A stretch of 64,000 nucleotides of DNA from Takakia lepidozioides (lineage: Eukaryota > Plantae > Bryophyta), in the NCBI GenBank assembly GCA_030704615.1, contig CM060733.1:14074001-14138000 (forward strand), read 5' to 3'. Positions 39,965 through 53,302 of this stretch are shown here, piece after piece. The position numbers were made by a program, and so were the translations under genes. How positions within the stretch are numbered: the stretch's first letter is position 1; every line of letters begins with the position of its first letter. The notes under the pieces are model-generated. The model was given only the letters and a program-made list of their open reading frames with translations. It did no database searches and was not told the origin of the DNA.

Positions 39965-42441
39965 TGATAACTACATTGCAAGCTTCAATTGAATCCCTAC
40001 AAGCCTCCATCTCTTTTAAATCAAACATGTAGTGACACATACAAATATAGAGTTCTCATGAACTTCTTTTGGTCCTTAAAAGGGCATTTTAGGGGTTTGC
40101 AAATGTATATCTCTGTAAGTGAAGAACTTGCTCTCATATTTTAGCTCTAAAAAAAAACTTTTTGGTTGACAATTGGGACCACTTTGACTTCAACTTTAAA
40201 TTCTTTGTTTTGACTCTCAAACTGTACGTATAAATTGATGGCCACAGCCAATGCATCGCTAAGTAACCAATACCCACTATATTGATTGAAAATACAATGT
40301 TGTAATAACTGGTGACAATCTGGAGGATATGACTTCAGTCGCAGTCCACGTCTTAGCATATGGGTCACGATTTTGTAGAGCGACTGTTTGATGACTGTAA
40401 CACAATAAAAATGGCTTAACGGTATCTGTTGAAATATGATGACTTTATGTTAAACAAAACGAGTTTTCACAGGATTATTCAATTTTCGAGGACGAAACTT
40501 TAGAATCCATGCATACTGAATTCCATTCTTGACACTCTTGCCTGAACAAATCCATACAAAATTATTAGACAAAATTTGTGTCACATGAAAAATACCATAG
40601 CAGATCTGTATATGAAAATGTAATATAATTCTCTAATTTTCTCATTGTTCGTAGAATATTGGCATGTTTTGCTTAGTGCGTGCCTAAAACGAGCACCTTT
40701 AAAAATAAACTAGATCAGCAAACGCTTCACATGCGATGACCATTTTCAGCCCAACAGTCATGGTTCCCAAACTTGTGTCTTTTCCTTCACATAGCAAATA
40801 ATTTTGTTTGTGATGTCAAACCTGTCAAAGAGTGCACGAAGTTGAAGTGGTTAGGCCTGCACTAGTGATGTCCTTAGCCTCGAACAATCCGACATTTATG
40901 TGTCTTGATTCCCAATTTGTAATCAAAAAATTGATTATCAATGCAAAGGTGTCCACCTTAAGTACTCCAAACCTCATAAGCCACAAATTTGTTACACTAC
41001 TCAGATGGAAGTATCATTTGACAATGAGCAATATTAAATTCTCAATAAATGCTTTTTGGTGCTCATAATTTTTTTAAGACACTTGATTTTAGAAAAATTG
41101 GGAAATAGTACTTGGTGCAACCTTAGTGCGTTTCTTGTGCGACTGTCTATCACTAAATTCATGAGATGCGGGGTTTATGCGGGGTGAATGCAGGGTTGAC
41201 TGGACCAAAATAGACATTACTGGCATAGTTTTAGATGACTGCAATTGATGATGTCATCAATTGAATTTGAATTAACTCATTAAAACCAGCAAACATACAT
41301 ATCATTGGATTTCTAGCTTCAATACGCACCCATAACAACTCTCAATCATGAATCCGATAAGAAATGACTCCGCTATGGACTTTTGAACACCGTCATTGTG
41401 GACTGTTATCGTAGTAAATGGAATTACAATGGACTCAAGTTCTCATCTATGCCATTCGTGAATTCCATTGAAATTTGGACATATGATGGTCATTTTGGTC
41501 CACATCATAGGTATGGATTTGAAGTGGCAAAATCATTTGTTATTTGACTCATATGGACTAATATATGTAAAAACAATAGGTGTTTTTTGAAAGTCCATAG
41601 CTCATCTTGTTTTTTGGATTTTGGGTGTCATTGTTTTTCTAGAAGTATAAAAACCTATAATCTTCAATGGCTAGGTGGCATATTGATTTTTTTTTGTAAA
41701 CTCAAATTTTTAGTTTTTCATAATTTCTCTAAATAATAGACTAATATATTTAATAAATTGTATCTTTAATATTTGGGGTAGGACTCTTTACTAAATATGT
41801 TCAGTATACCATTATCTATCACCAAACAAATATTTTGAATAATATCCTCAATGTTTTGTTTTTGGTCATAGACTTCTATGGAGCAGGATCTACCGTTTTT
41901 GGTCCACTCAACCCTGCAACTGTCGTGTGTTGAACAATGTTAAGTTCGAAAGTGTATCTACTGGTCACCTCTGCATGTTCATTTTCAGTGTACTTCTTCA
42001 TTGTAGTGGTGTCAGATAACTTATTATACATAACAATGCCCTTCCTACCCTTAGTCTTGTTAGCCAAAACCTCACGACCACAATAGGCAAGAAAACACAA
42101 AAGACATCTTCGAGTCCACATAATAACTTGCTGATGCAGAAGTACAAGTTACTTACGAATCCTGCCCTCTTTTGCTGCCAAATCCGTTTGTACTTGTTGA
42201 CTAAGTCCAATGCTTGATGATACACATTGGATCTGGGAAACATTATAGGGTTAGCTTCAACATGAGAAGTATTATCAACCTCAAGTAGTTGGACAGGGTT
42301 GGTCTTATTTACGCCCGACTCCATAACTTCCATTTCTACCACTTGTTGCGATTCAACATGCAAGAATTTTCCCATATCCCAAGTAGGATGGGTGGCCATT
42401 GTTTCATATTCATAGATCTTCATAGAATTTACAATACTCAA
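39965..42441 (-). mobile_element. Degenerate hAT transposase (BED finger plus catalytic core), interrupted by a TIR element
   Basis: CLLC...KGRKGIVMYNK..TTTMKKY.E.EH (BED); KKRTKVAPSTISQFF; QKAFIENLILLIVK; DTFALIINF..NWESRHINVGLFEA; HALSKTCQYSTN; RPRKLNNPVKTRF; GYWLLSDALAVAI. Confidence 0.85.
41182..41925. mobile_element. Non-autonomous TIR element, copy 1 (about 740 bp, 4-bp TSD)
   Basis: TIRs GGGTGAATGCAGGGTTGACTGGACCAAAA / TTTTGGTCCACTCAACCCTGCAACTGTCG; flanks TGCG / TGTG (one CpG-type mismatch); hAT coding sequence resumes on both sides. Confidence 0.85.
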
Positions 42442-43759
42442 TAGGCAAGAAAGATCCCATATCCTAAATATGATGAGATTACATTCTCAAATCCATGAAG
42501 ACACCAGATCCCACTGACCTCTAAAAGCTGTTGGCTTTCCACGGATCTTGGAGCTAGTGGATCCCACCGTACTTACACTATCTCTAACTAAACCACTTGA
42601 CTTCCCACATTCCGCTTAGCTTCACATTTCACACACCCATACGTCATACAAGAAAAAAGACAAGTTTTCTTAAGAAATAGCTCGATGAGAGTCTGAATGG
42701 CAAGTCACTTGTAAACATCTAACAAACAGAAAGCTCAACAAACATAAGAAGAGCACAATAAAACCTAAATATGACAACATAATCGAAGATAGCTAGTAGT
42801 GAGGAGGACAATCAATTATTCTTGAAGGCGGACCAATGTGAAGAATATGAAAGAGCTTGCAACAGAAATAATGGCGATCCATGTCAAGTGGCAACCCTAG
42901 CCCATTATCCGGATACTATTTATCTGCCAAGAAAATAGTACCCGATATAAAGGTAGGATAAAATCTGGATTTTTATCCTTCAACTTACCTTATCAACACT
43001 GATTGATATATATGCTAATACTGTGTACTTATCCATATACCATCCCAATACTGGTATTTATCTGTCAATCACTCTCGGATGTGAGACACTTGTCTGGGCT
43101 CCATAAATATCAAGGTAGAATTCCGAAATCTGGCAAATATGTGGAATCTGTCCACACGGGATAGACCAATAGAATATGTCATCAGGCCTTTACGTTTTTT
43201 CTTTTTTAAGGATTGGAAGGTCAAAAAACGTATATCGAAAAAAGATGAAATTTCATTTTTTTTAAATGTTATTTATTATTTGTTAGTTGTTATTTATTTA
43301 TTTTTTCCCCCGAGGAAACATCAGCCCCAGCAATTAAGGCTCGAGGGGCGAAATCAATTCATTAAGGGGCCACGAAGACAAACTGCGGCAGAGCCTAGCC
43401 CCAAGGCAGAGAAGAGATAGCTTACATGGGTTTGAACCCAATCTATGAAGGAACCCAGTTTGTTTGTTTTGTTTTGTTTTGTTTTGTAGCGTTGAGATGT
43501 CCCAAACCGCGAGGCCCCGGCCCTGGTGTTTGGTACCGTTGGAAAGCCCTCGATGAGGAGGGGTGCACCGGCTTGGTCTCATGACTTTTGGACCTGCGGT
43601 GTGGGAGATCTGGATTTTCAAATACTTTTGGTCGCCGGAAATTCAAGAAAAAATAGCAAAGTGGGCTTTCATGGGACAATGATTGGAGCCTCGATGGGAG
43701 AAATATCAATAATGATTGGATATAATACTATCCAATAAATTTATGAAAAAAATAAAATA

Positions 43760-44280
43760 GGCCTTGACATGGGAGACGTACTTGGATACATAGGAGATTG
43801 CACTTGGGTTAAATGACACTAGACACTTGGGCCTCTACATGGGACACGCACTGGGATACATGAATAGAAGATTGCATTTGGGCTTAGATGGGCCTCGACA
43901 TAGGAGACGCACATGGGAGACGCCCTAAATCCATAGGAGATTGCACTTGGGCTTAGATGGGCCTCGACGTAGAAGAGGCACTGGGATACATAGGAAATTG
44001 CACTTGGTCTTAGATTTCAATTCTTCACACATGGGCCAATGCCCTAGGCTACCCTAGAGGTCGCACTTGGGCCTCCACATAGGAGACGCACTGGGATACA
44101 TAGGAGATCTTGCACTTGGGCTTAGATGACACTGGACACTTAGGCCAACGGCATAGCTATCCTAAAGGTCGCATTCGGGCCTCGACATAGGAGACACAAT
44201 TGGATACATAGGGCATTGCACTTGGACTTAGATGACACTAGAACTTGGACCAACGGCACAGGCTACCCTAGTAGGCACTC
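43760..44280. repeat. Degenerate tandem array of an approximately 55-75 bp unit
   Basis: Recurring GGGCCTCGACATAGGAGACGCACTGGGATACATAGGAGATTGCACTTGGGCTTAGATG, about 6-7 variants. Confidence 0.85.
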
Positions 44281-44850
44281 AATACACAGGCTTACCAACG
44301 AGCCATAGCCTTGTTTTGCATTATGTTTAACTAGGGCTTCGCGTTGCTCCACACTACTAATGACAACCTCTGAGAAGAATGTTCATTTTAATCGAAAATA
44401 TATTTTATGCGAAAACAACAATGTAAGAACTTAATGCATGTGTGCGATTTGATGGTATTTTCGCCCGATTCAAGCAGTGTCGGTTCTTTAAGTTTTGTTG
44501 GAAAAAAAAATATATTGGAACAACTGTTACTTAATCATCCCAAGTTATATCTTCCAAATGAAAAGCAGTAGTCTTTAAGGGTGAAGTGACACCATAAGTT
44601 ACGTGTGCTTCAACATTTTTTCTTTTTTTCCCGATCATTTTTACATGGTTTAATATCTCTTATATTCTAAAATTTGAATAAATGTATAACAAATCTAAAT
44701 AAAATTATATTTCATATGAATTTTTAAATTAAAAATATTATTAATTTATAAATAAAAGTATATCCAATCAATGAATGGTTTTTGATTTATTGTAAAAACT
44801 ATATTTTTAATTGTCAAAAATATAGATAAGAGATAGAAATCCAATATTAA

Positions 44851-45754
44851 CCCTTAAAGAACAAGACCTCTTTTGGTGGGCCACCCCCAAAAGTGTACGT
44901 AGCTGCTAGGGCCCAACTCCTAAAGGGGACAGTAGCCGTGAGGCGAAGTGGCTCTTAGTTATGCGGTTTCCTCTCTCTACATACCTGCATGTCGTGAGCT
45001 CTATCTTGCTATCCTGAATCATCCAGAAATTTGAACCTCACAAATACATTCCTGACTACAACATTACCACATATTCATCTACCCCCAAAAAATTAGGAAG
45101 ATCCACCTTTGGAATGGGTAGATTATTACAAAATACTATTGTGAATCTTTTAAGCCCACTCAAAAATTGCATGGCAAAAATGGTTGACCATTAAATTCAA
45201 GTGTCCAGTTGAGATTTCTGAGGCAGATGCCCTCCATAATCTGATTGTATGGCACCCAAGGGACTCGCTCCACCAAAAAGCAGACCAAAAGTCCAAAAAT
45301 ACAAATAGGCTGCTTTGTATGTGAAATCTGGGGGGTAAATTATCACGGTTTGGCTTCTTACATTGCTTCTTACCCAAGTAAATCCATGATGTGATATTTG
45401 TTTTCTAATTCCTTTGATAAGTAAGTGCACACTAACATTACATAGTGCCTTGTCAAAAACAAATTTGGCATTTTGATAAAATCTGAGCCCTAGATGTTGT
45501 TTTCAAGATTCCTCATTTGGCTTGCCACGTAGGCAAGTCAACGCTGGATCTCCAGACCCCTGACACTTTGAAAAATTCTAGGGAGTAGAGCTTTTCAGGG
45601 CGCTTTAAATTCCCACGAAGTTTGCTTCTCCCTAACCCCCTCACTTTACCTTCGAGATCCACTTCCATCCACTCACATCCCCAAAAGGTGGATCGTGACA
45701 AATGACTGACACGACCCGAATCAGCCCTATTTGGATCGCGTCGTCGTTTAGAGA
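44851..45754. mobile_element. Possible TTAA-flanked (piggyBac-like) non-autonomous element
   Basis: TTAA|CCCTTAAAGAACAAG ... GTCGTCGTTTAGAGA|TTAA; the inverted ends are only weakly similar. Confidence 0.25.
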
Positions 45755-46459
45755 TTAAGAGTTAAGACATTTCATTAGCTATGATCATTATTATATTTAT
45801 AAAATATATATGTATTATTACAATAATAGTAATTTGAAACTTGCTCACCATACCAAAGGGTTCAACTTGTGAGGGTTTCGAAAACTATGTAAACCATTGA
45901 TTTCTATTTGATTTTATATCATAATTAATATTTAGAAGTGCTCACCGCTATGGAGCAAGACAACAAGTTTTCACTTGCCTATCTTTTTGTCTGTTCTCTC
46001 TTATCATGTCTTTTTTAGTGTTTCTCTTTTCTTCCTCTTTAGTTCCATAGGCTCCTTGGACACGGGGTGGTATCCCCTTGTATGCTTTATAGCACTTGCA
46101 GAGTTATTTTTTTTCCAGCCTTTATTACTTTGAAAAAGGCTCTATCTTTTTTGCTAAAATGATAAAAAAGAAAAAGAAGTGCTGTAACAATTAGTACAAA
46201 GAGTTTCAAAAATCTTTTTTTTTCCCCTTCTTGGGCAGCTTAAAAAATGGTGATGATGATGTGGCAAAAAAGACATGGCAATGATGACGTGGAGATGATG
46301 ATGTGGCATGATGATGCGTCACTATGGTACCATATTCGTGCTCTACACTAGAACTAGGCTCCGACCTTTAGTCCTCATTAGAACAAGTCTCCAACCCCTC
46401 AGACGTCACTAGAATTAGTTATCAACGAGACGTAGATGTTATTGTTCTCTATTGGAAAT

Positions 46460-47480
46460 TCTAGATAGATTTTTCAATTTAATATGCCAATCACTTTTAT
46501 ATATCCGTTTTACCCAAGTCTTATGAACATGTGGGAAATGACTTGGTGGGAGGTATACAGAAGTGGAGAATCTTTGACACCAGTGAAATCACACCAGTTT
46601 TTATTGATGGTATTTCTTAACCTTATACTTTTCAGCCTAAGGCCCAGCCCACTGGCCTCTTAGCCCTCAATGTTATTCTCGATTGGACATAACTGTTCAA
46701 TAACCCTAGATAGATTTTTAAATCTACTATGCCAGCCACTTTTCTATATTTGTTTTGCCTAAGTCTTATGGATATGTGGGAAATGACTTAATGGGAGGTA
46801 TACGGAAGTGGAGCTAAATTGGAATCTTTCACACAAGGGAAATCACACCAGTTTCTTGTAATGGTATTTCTTAGCCTTATACTTTTCATTCAAAATATTA
46901 GAATTTTAAGCCTTTATATTGAGTTGAAATGTGGTGTTTGGTATGTTGCAGGCTGCAGATAATTATAGTTCATTTGTTTGTGGATACTTCAATGCACAGG
47001 TTTGGGTTTGCACCCCTGGTGGCCATGGCCTAAAACAGCTAAATGAATATTGATGGATACCTCAATGCATAGGTTAGGGTTTGCACCCTTGGTGGCCTGA
47101 AACACCTAAACAAATGTTGCTGGATAACTTTTAGTAATGCGCTGGGAATATTAAGTATTAATGGCAAAAGTACATGGATATATGTAGGGGAATATGGATG
47201 AATATGTTCCCCTACATATTCCCATTCATGGATGGATAGAAATGTAAAAGTGGGAATTTGTAGTAGGCAATAGTGTGAGTGGGAAAAACAAGCCTGGGAA
47301 TATTAAGTGTCAATGGCAAAAGTACATGGGAATATGTAGGTGAATATGGATGAATATGTAGTATACTTTTCATTCATGGATGGATAGAAATGTAAGGTGG
47401 GAATTTATAGTAGGGAATAGTGTGAGTGGGAAAAAAACCTGGGAATATTAAATGTCATTGATAAAAGTACAGCAGAATAT
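46460..47480. repeat. Stack of local direct duplications
   Basis: Two copies of about 175 bp (46461-46635, 46706-46888), two of about 65 bp (near 46981 and 47054), and about three of about 150 bp starting CTGGGAATATTAA (near 47141, 47294, 47439). Confidence 0.85.
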
Positions 47481-47815
47481 TAGGATAATATAATAGAATA
47501 TAATGGGAATTAATAGATGGATAGAACATGGATGAATAGATGGATGGATAGAAATTATTATATATATTTATGCATTCATGGATAGATAGATAATATATAT
47601 ATATATATATTAATTTTTAATATAAATAAATTAACAAATATATTGATGTAGAAATATATTAAACTATATTTTTATTGAATAAATATAAAAATACTTCATA
47701 TTTCACCCTAACCAATCAATCTAATATTGTGTGCAAATAACACTTCATTCCAAGGTTTTGGAAGGTCTACCACGTGCAATTTGTGCTTCAATGCCCAATC
47801 CACTATCAAATCCAA

Positions 47816-48485
47816 TGTCGTGCGCATACATATCGCTACACAACTACATCGCTGTCCAAAACCACCCAACATATGTGCACACCACACACTAGTATACCAC
47901 TAGTCCAACCACTAGGCTACAACTAGTCAGTCACTAGGCTGCCACTATGCTGCCCACTATGGCAGTCACTAGTCCACACAATGATAAAGGAGAAGAATAC
48001 AAGCACAAGCTCATGCGAGATCACAAAGCTGAAGCATGCATATATAAACTCATCACTCAAATAGAAGTCAAGCCAAGTGCACCCCACGCCATGGGGAATC
48101 CACACTACGGCGCCATAGCTAGGCGCGGTGAGGCTCAACTCGAGAAAGATGAGCCTCCCGCGCTTGCCGTGAAGATAACCACTCCAGGGCCTAAATCTGC
48201 CTTGACCCCTGGATTGACACTTGGGCCAATCCCAAATATCAATATGTAAAAGCTAGTTATTTCCTAGTTAGTTTCACACTAGTGGTAAAATAACTTGACA
48301 GCTATCGTGCGCATACATATCGCTACACAACTACATTGCTGTCCAAAACCACACAACACATGCATGAGCACACCACATACTAGTATACCACTAGTCCACC
48401 ACTAGTCCAACCATTAGTCCAACCACTAGGCTACAACTAGTCAGTCACTAGGCTGCCCACTATGGCAGTCACTAGTCCACACAAT
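47816..48485 (-). repeat. 3' terminal repeat block B1-gc-A2-B2 of the split-repeat retroelement
   Basis: Two B copies (starting TGTCGTGCGC / TATCGTGCGC on +, rich in CACTAGT) flank one A copy (TGATAAAGG...AACTTGACA). Confidence 0.9.
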
Positions 48486-48495
48486 CGCCCCCCTA
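48486..48495 (-). other. Polypurine tract
   Basis: Minus strand TAGGGGGGCG directly before AT-TGTGTGG, the start of B1. Confidence 0.65.
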
Positions 48496-48529
48496 GCTGG
48501 TGCTTAGGTCCGTCTAAGTCCAGGTAGCC

Positions 48530-49270
48530 GGGTGAATGCAAGGTTGATTGGACCAAAATGGACGTTACCACCACAGTTTTAGATGACTGCAATTGATAGC
48601 GTCATCAATTGAAATTGAATTAACTCATTAAAACCAGAAAATATATATGTCATTGGATTCGTAGCTTCAATACGCACCCATAGCAATTCTCCAATCATGA
48701 ATCCAATAAGAAATGACTCCACTATGGACTTTTGAACACCGTCATTGTGGACTGTTACCGCAATGAATGGAATTACAATGGACTCAAGTTCTCCTATATG
48801 TCATTGGTGAATTCCATTGAAATTTGGACACAAGGTGGCCATTTTGGTCCACATCATTGGTATGGATTTGAAGTGACAAAATCATTTGTCATTTGACTCA
48901 TATGGACTAATATATGTAAAACAAATAGGCATTTTTTGAAAAGTCCATAGCTCATCTTGTTTTTTGGATTTTGGGTGTCATTTTTTTCTAGAAGTATAAA
49001 AACCTATAATCTTCAATGGCTAGGTGTCATATTGTTGTAAACTCTAATTTTTAGTTTTCAATCATTTCTCTAAATAATATACTAGAATATTTAATGAATT
49101 ATATCTTTAATATTTGGGGTAGGACTCTTTACTAAATATGTTCAGTATACCATTATCTATCACTAAAAAAAATTTAGGATAGTATCCTCAAATTTGTTTT
49201 TGGTCATGGACTTTTATAGAGCAGGATCTGCCGTTTTAACCTTTTGGTCCACTCAACCCTGCAACTGCCC
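48530..49270. mobile_element. Non-autonomous TIR element, copy 2 (about 740 bp, perfect AGCC TSD), nested in the retroelement
   Basis: Colinear with 41182-41925; GGG...CCC ends; AGCC at 48526-48529 and 49271-49274. Confidence 0.88.
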
Positions 49271-49487
49271 AGCCACAAGATGTGATAATGACCATAGCCT
49301 CACTAAGTCCTCCACCACTGTCCTACTACACTCAAACTCGATAGATCAAGAGGCCGGGTGCAAGAGTTGTCCCATCGTTAGTCGTCGTCTTGCAACCTAT
49401 GAACTTGAGCCTAGGATCTCGTGTATTGACTCCTATGAGCTTGGCCTCCCATGTCTTGTTAGCGGCCTCTAGTCATGTCCACTGCCA

Positions 49488-49551
49488 CTATCCCAAGCAG
49501 TGTGGACACAACCAATCTCCATCATGAACCTTCTCAAGAGGTGGAGTCAAG
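49488..49551 (-). pseudogene. PHD-finger C-terminal half ending in a stop codon
   Basis: LTPPLEKVHDGDWLCPHCLG* matches the PHD consensus CLxPPLxxxPxGxWxCPxC. Confidence 0.7.
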
Positions 49552-52500
49552 GATATGCACAGCAAGGGCGTGGGATGGAGGCTTTTGAGAACTATGAGCA
49601 AATGATGTGCAAAGGGGTGAAGCCCAACCACATCACATTTGTTTGTGTTTGCAATGCGTATGCAAGCCTGGGAGCTCTGGGAAAGGGGAAAGAAGTCCAT
49701 GGTGACATCGACAAAGCTAGAATTGTACCAGATGTCATCCTGAACACTGCCCTGGTGGACATGTTTGCCAGATGTGGGTGCATTCAGGATGCGAAGGGAC
49801 TTTTCCATACTCTGGCTGAACGAGATGTGGTGTCATGGAATGCGATGCTTGCAGGGTATGCACAGCAGAGGCACAAGATGGAGGATTTGGAGATCTACGA
49901 GCACCATTACACTTGTCCACTTCCAACCTTTGGTTGACGGTAATTTCCTTCTCGCTCCAATGTTGTTGTGGACCCCCTTCTTGGTGTTTTTCCTTGACTT
50001 GAATGTGAGCAAGGACATCACAGCCCAACATTGCGTTAGATAGATTTGAAAGCTCGTTGAACTTGCTCTTCCCGAAGCTGTGTTTAAGTTTTGTAATCTT
50101 GGGTTAAACGAGTGTGGACTGCAATTTGACATTTCGGGCAAGAATGATGTGGTTATAACTTCTTTGTGGGAGCTGCCCATACCATGTGACCAATGGCAGT
50201 AGACCACGTCTACAAAAGCTTTGGAACAGATAAGGGGGTGAGATGTTGGAAGTGTGGAAGGAGTAGAGTATGAGACTAACTAGTAGCCCTAGACGCCCTC
50301 TCCAGCAGTCAGAACTTGGTATGAAATTTGTATACGATAGTTATCTCACCGACCCAGACAGGGAGAGTCATTAACTCGTGGTGAGCTACGGGAAATTCTT
50401 CAGTGGACATGTTTTATGGAATACCTAGCTGGATCGAGGAGGTCGACCAGCAGGAGAGTGACGCACTTCTTCAGCGCATGCATCAGCTTGTACAAAATTA
50501 TAAGATCAGATCTCCTCCAATGAATGAATGTTGAGAGAGAATAAGAGAGTTGCACTCTGTTTCTAAATTGACGAATATAAGTGTGACACGGATAGATACT
50601 GCTTGTGCACATCCCACAAAAATTTGGGAAAAGAGAGAACAGATCGGGTAAATTGGTTATCACAAACGAGCTGTAATGGTATGGCCTTGAATCAGCGGGT
50701 AGAATCACTGGTCCATGCCAATCGGAGCATCAAACTACCAGTAGAGCTGGTATTGAACTCATTTGTGACTGTGAATGTATCACACTGAGAAATCCGTACT
50801 GCCAATGACGCCTCAAACCATGAGCAACCTGGAGAGACAGCAGTTGGGCCGACATTTGGGATGATTTAGCAACCGACTTAATGGGCGTTCTATAGCATTG
50901 ACTATCTCACATCCTTACACGCACACAGATACACTCAATGAGTATTAAGTATCTCAGAATAGTTGGTGCTCTATCCTGATTGGGGAAGGGTGTTCAGCCC
51001 GACCACATCAGGTTTGTGTGCGTTTGCAGTGCGTGTGCAAGCCTGGCAGCCCTGGAAAAGGGCAAAGAGGTGCATGGTTGCATCGCCAAGGCTGGAATTG
51101 TACCAGATGTGATTCCCTGTGAATCAATAGCTACAAGAAACCTGCATGGGTAGATGGTCAACTAAAGGCTGCAGCTGCAGCGGCATAGTTCATAAAACCA
51201 GGCACCTCAACCATGCCCACAACTTCTGAAAGAGGATCAAGAGAGGGAGCCAATGAGGCATTTCAGCAGATTCAGGTACGTATGTCTGTCCCTTGCTTAA
51301 GTGCATCAAGATGGAAGGTCTGGACGTTGGAAAGCAGATGCTCACTCACATTATCCAAAGTGGATGCACGCCAAATGTGTTTCTACTCAACACCCTTGTC
51401 TCCATGTATGTCAAGTGCGGGAGCATCATGGAAGCCGCAACAACAATGCTCCTTCACTTAACTTGCCCACCAGATTCCAAGCTACTCATGCAAGAGACAA
51501 AGGTAAGTATCTAAATCTGTTGAATTGTTTCCTTGGTTTATAGGGGGCAGGGCAAAGAATCATAGGTAGTTTTGTGCTTGAAATGCAGCCCTCTTGCATG
51601 AATCTGAACCCACATTCCATCCCTGCTCCTTCAGCTATTCCTGCCAAGAGAACTCCACGACACCCACATCTTGTTCAGCCATACTGTCAAACACTCCCTT
51701 CATACATGTCCACGAGGGTATTGTTCAGAATGACATGTGATACAATTGCAGCTCTGACAATGTCGCCATGGACCTCTTTGCCCTTCTCCAGAGCTGCCAG
51801 GCTTGCACACGCATTGCAAATTATCAAAGGTTTACTCAACCAGTAACTTGCAGAATTCAACGTGAAAATTTAGGGCCAATTTTGATAAGAGGGAAAAACA
51901 GGATGAAACGTGTTGAAGAAGGTTGCCTTCATTAGCAATCCCTAATTTTATCAATTGTGCCGCTGCTGCTGTGGCTTCCAGTTCACCATCTACCCATGTA
52001 GGTTTCTTGTAGCAATGGATCCACATGGAATCATAGGTAATCTTGTGCTTGAAATCCGGCCCTCTTCCAGGAAACACCTCAACCCTAATGATGAGAGGGA
52101 AAACTGAAATAGGTTGAAAAAAAATGTCACCAATTTAGGGCCGATTCTGATAAGAGGGAAAAACAGGGTGAAATGCGTTGAAGAAGGTGCCTTGAGTAGC
52201 AGTGCCTGATTTTATCAATTGTGCCGCTGTTGCTGCGACTTCCAGTTGACCATCTACCCATGCAGGTTTCTTGTAGCTATTCTTCCACATGGAGTCATAG
52301 GTAATCTGGAGCTTGAAATCTGGCCCTCTTGGATGAATCTGGACCCACACTCTATCCCTGCTCCTTCAGCTATCCATGCCTCTGCACAAATCATGCATAC
52401 ATCCTTGCCTTGCTGCTAGCAGCTGACAACGACAGCCTAGAATTGTCCCAACAAACAACCCAACCCTACTTATCACACTAGTTCCTATGCTGACTTGCAT

Positions 52501-52930
52501 CTGCTTCCGGCAGACATTCACCACGGTGCAGCTGAGCGGGCAGAGATTGAAACACGATTGAAATGCGGCTTGCTACAAGCTAACTCTCCCAAGAACCTTG
52601 TAAACATTAGGAAGAATACCCATGGAGGATTTGACTGACCATGAACCCAAGAGGACCTCTTGTGTCTGCTGCTTATGTCTGTAGTCATGTCGGATCGGTC
52701 TGTGAGAACCACCACGGTGTAGCTGAGCGGGCGTCGATTGAAACACGGACTGACCAAGCTGACTCTCCCAAGAACCTTATAAACATCAGGAAGAATACCA
52801 AATCATGGTACTAATAGGAGCCAAGAGCCCACATTTGTTGCGCTTCGCCCCTTCCTGCATCATTTGCTCTGCAAAGCCTCCATCCCACGCTTCTGCATAT
52901 CCTGTGATCATCGCGTTCCATCTCTCATCT
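49550..52930. pseudogene. Mosaic of PLS-class PPR gene fragments in both orientations (cluster 2)
   Basis: PPR pieces at about 49550-49905 (+), 50985-51115 (+), 51270-51440 (+), 51650-51820 (-), 52800-52920 (-); the non-PPR module of cluster 1 recurs at 51115-51215 (+), 51555-51645, 51840-52070 and 52133-52510 (-). Confidence 0.85.
50040..50854 (+). mobile_element. 3' remnant of a second LTR retrotransposon (PPT plus about 610-bp LTR, 50244-50854), possibly copia-type
   Basis: AAGGGGGTGAGA directly followed by TGTTGG...CCGACA; upstream ALPEAVFKFC.LGL weakly resembles a copia RNase H end. Confidence 0.4.
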
Positions 52931-53302
52931 CTCGACTTGATACTACTATGAAAATGTGCAGGAGAAAAAAAAAAAAAAAAAACCAGAAAGAAGCCAAGTC
53001 CCAACCCTCTAATGGGCAACCCTATAAGCAACTTTTTAAAAACAATTAACCTTTTGGTTACCAAGCTTGCACTAGAAGTCATTCCGGTGACTATTTGGTG
53101 GCAAGCTCGTGTTGGTCAACCATCATTGACCACCCTTCCCTCTAGTGCGGAGCCATACAGTCATGACAACGTCTACCAAAATAGTCGCCCAGAGGACTAC
53201 GTAGTCACGTAGTCATTTCAACGACTACTTGAAGTCCCATTTGGTCCAAAAATACAGGGAAGCCATGGTCAAAGTCAGGAAAACCATGACTACCGCGCCT
53301 CG

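Noticed and set aside
47816-48300. Ordinary solo LTR (TGTCG...TGACA)
   Set aside because: Its right flank is GC plus a second B copy rather than a TSD; the matching CCAA lies at 59161, and the PPT and primer site define a different repeat unit.
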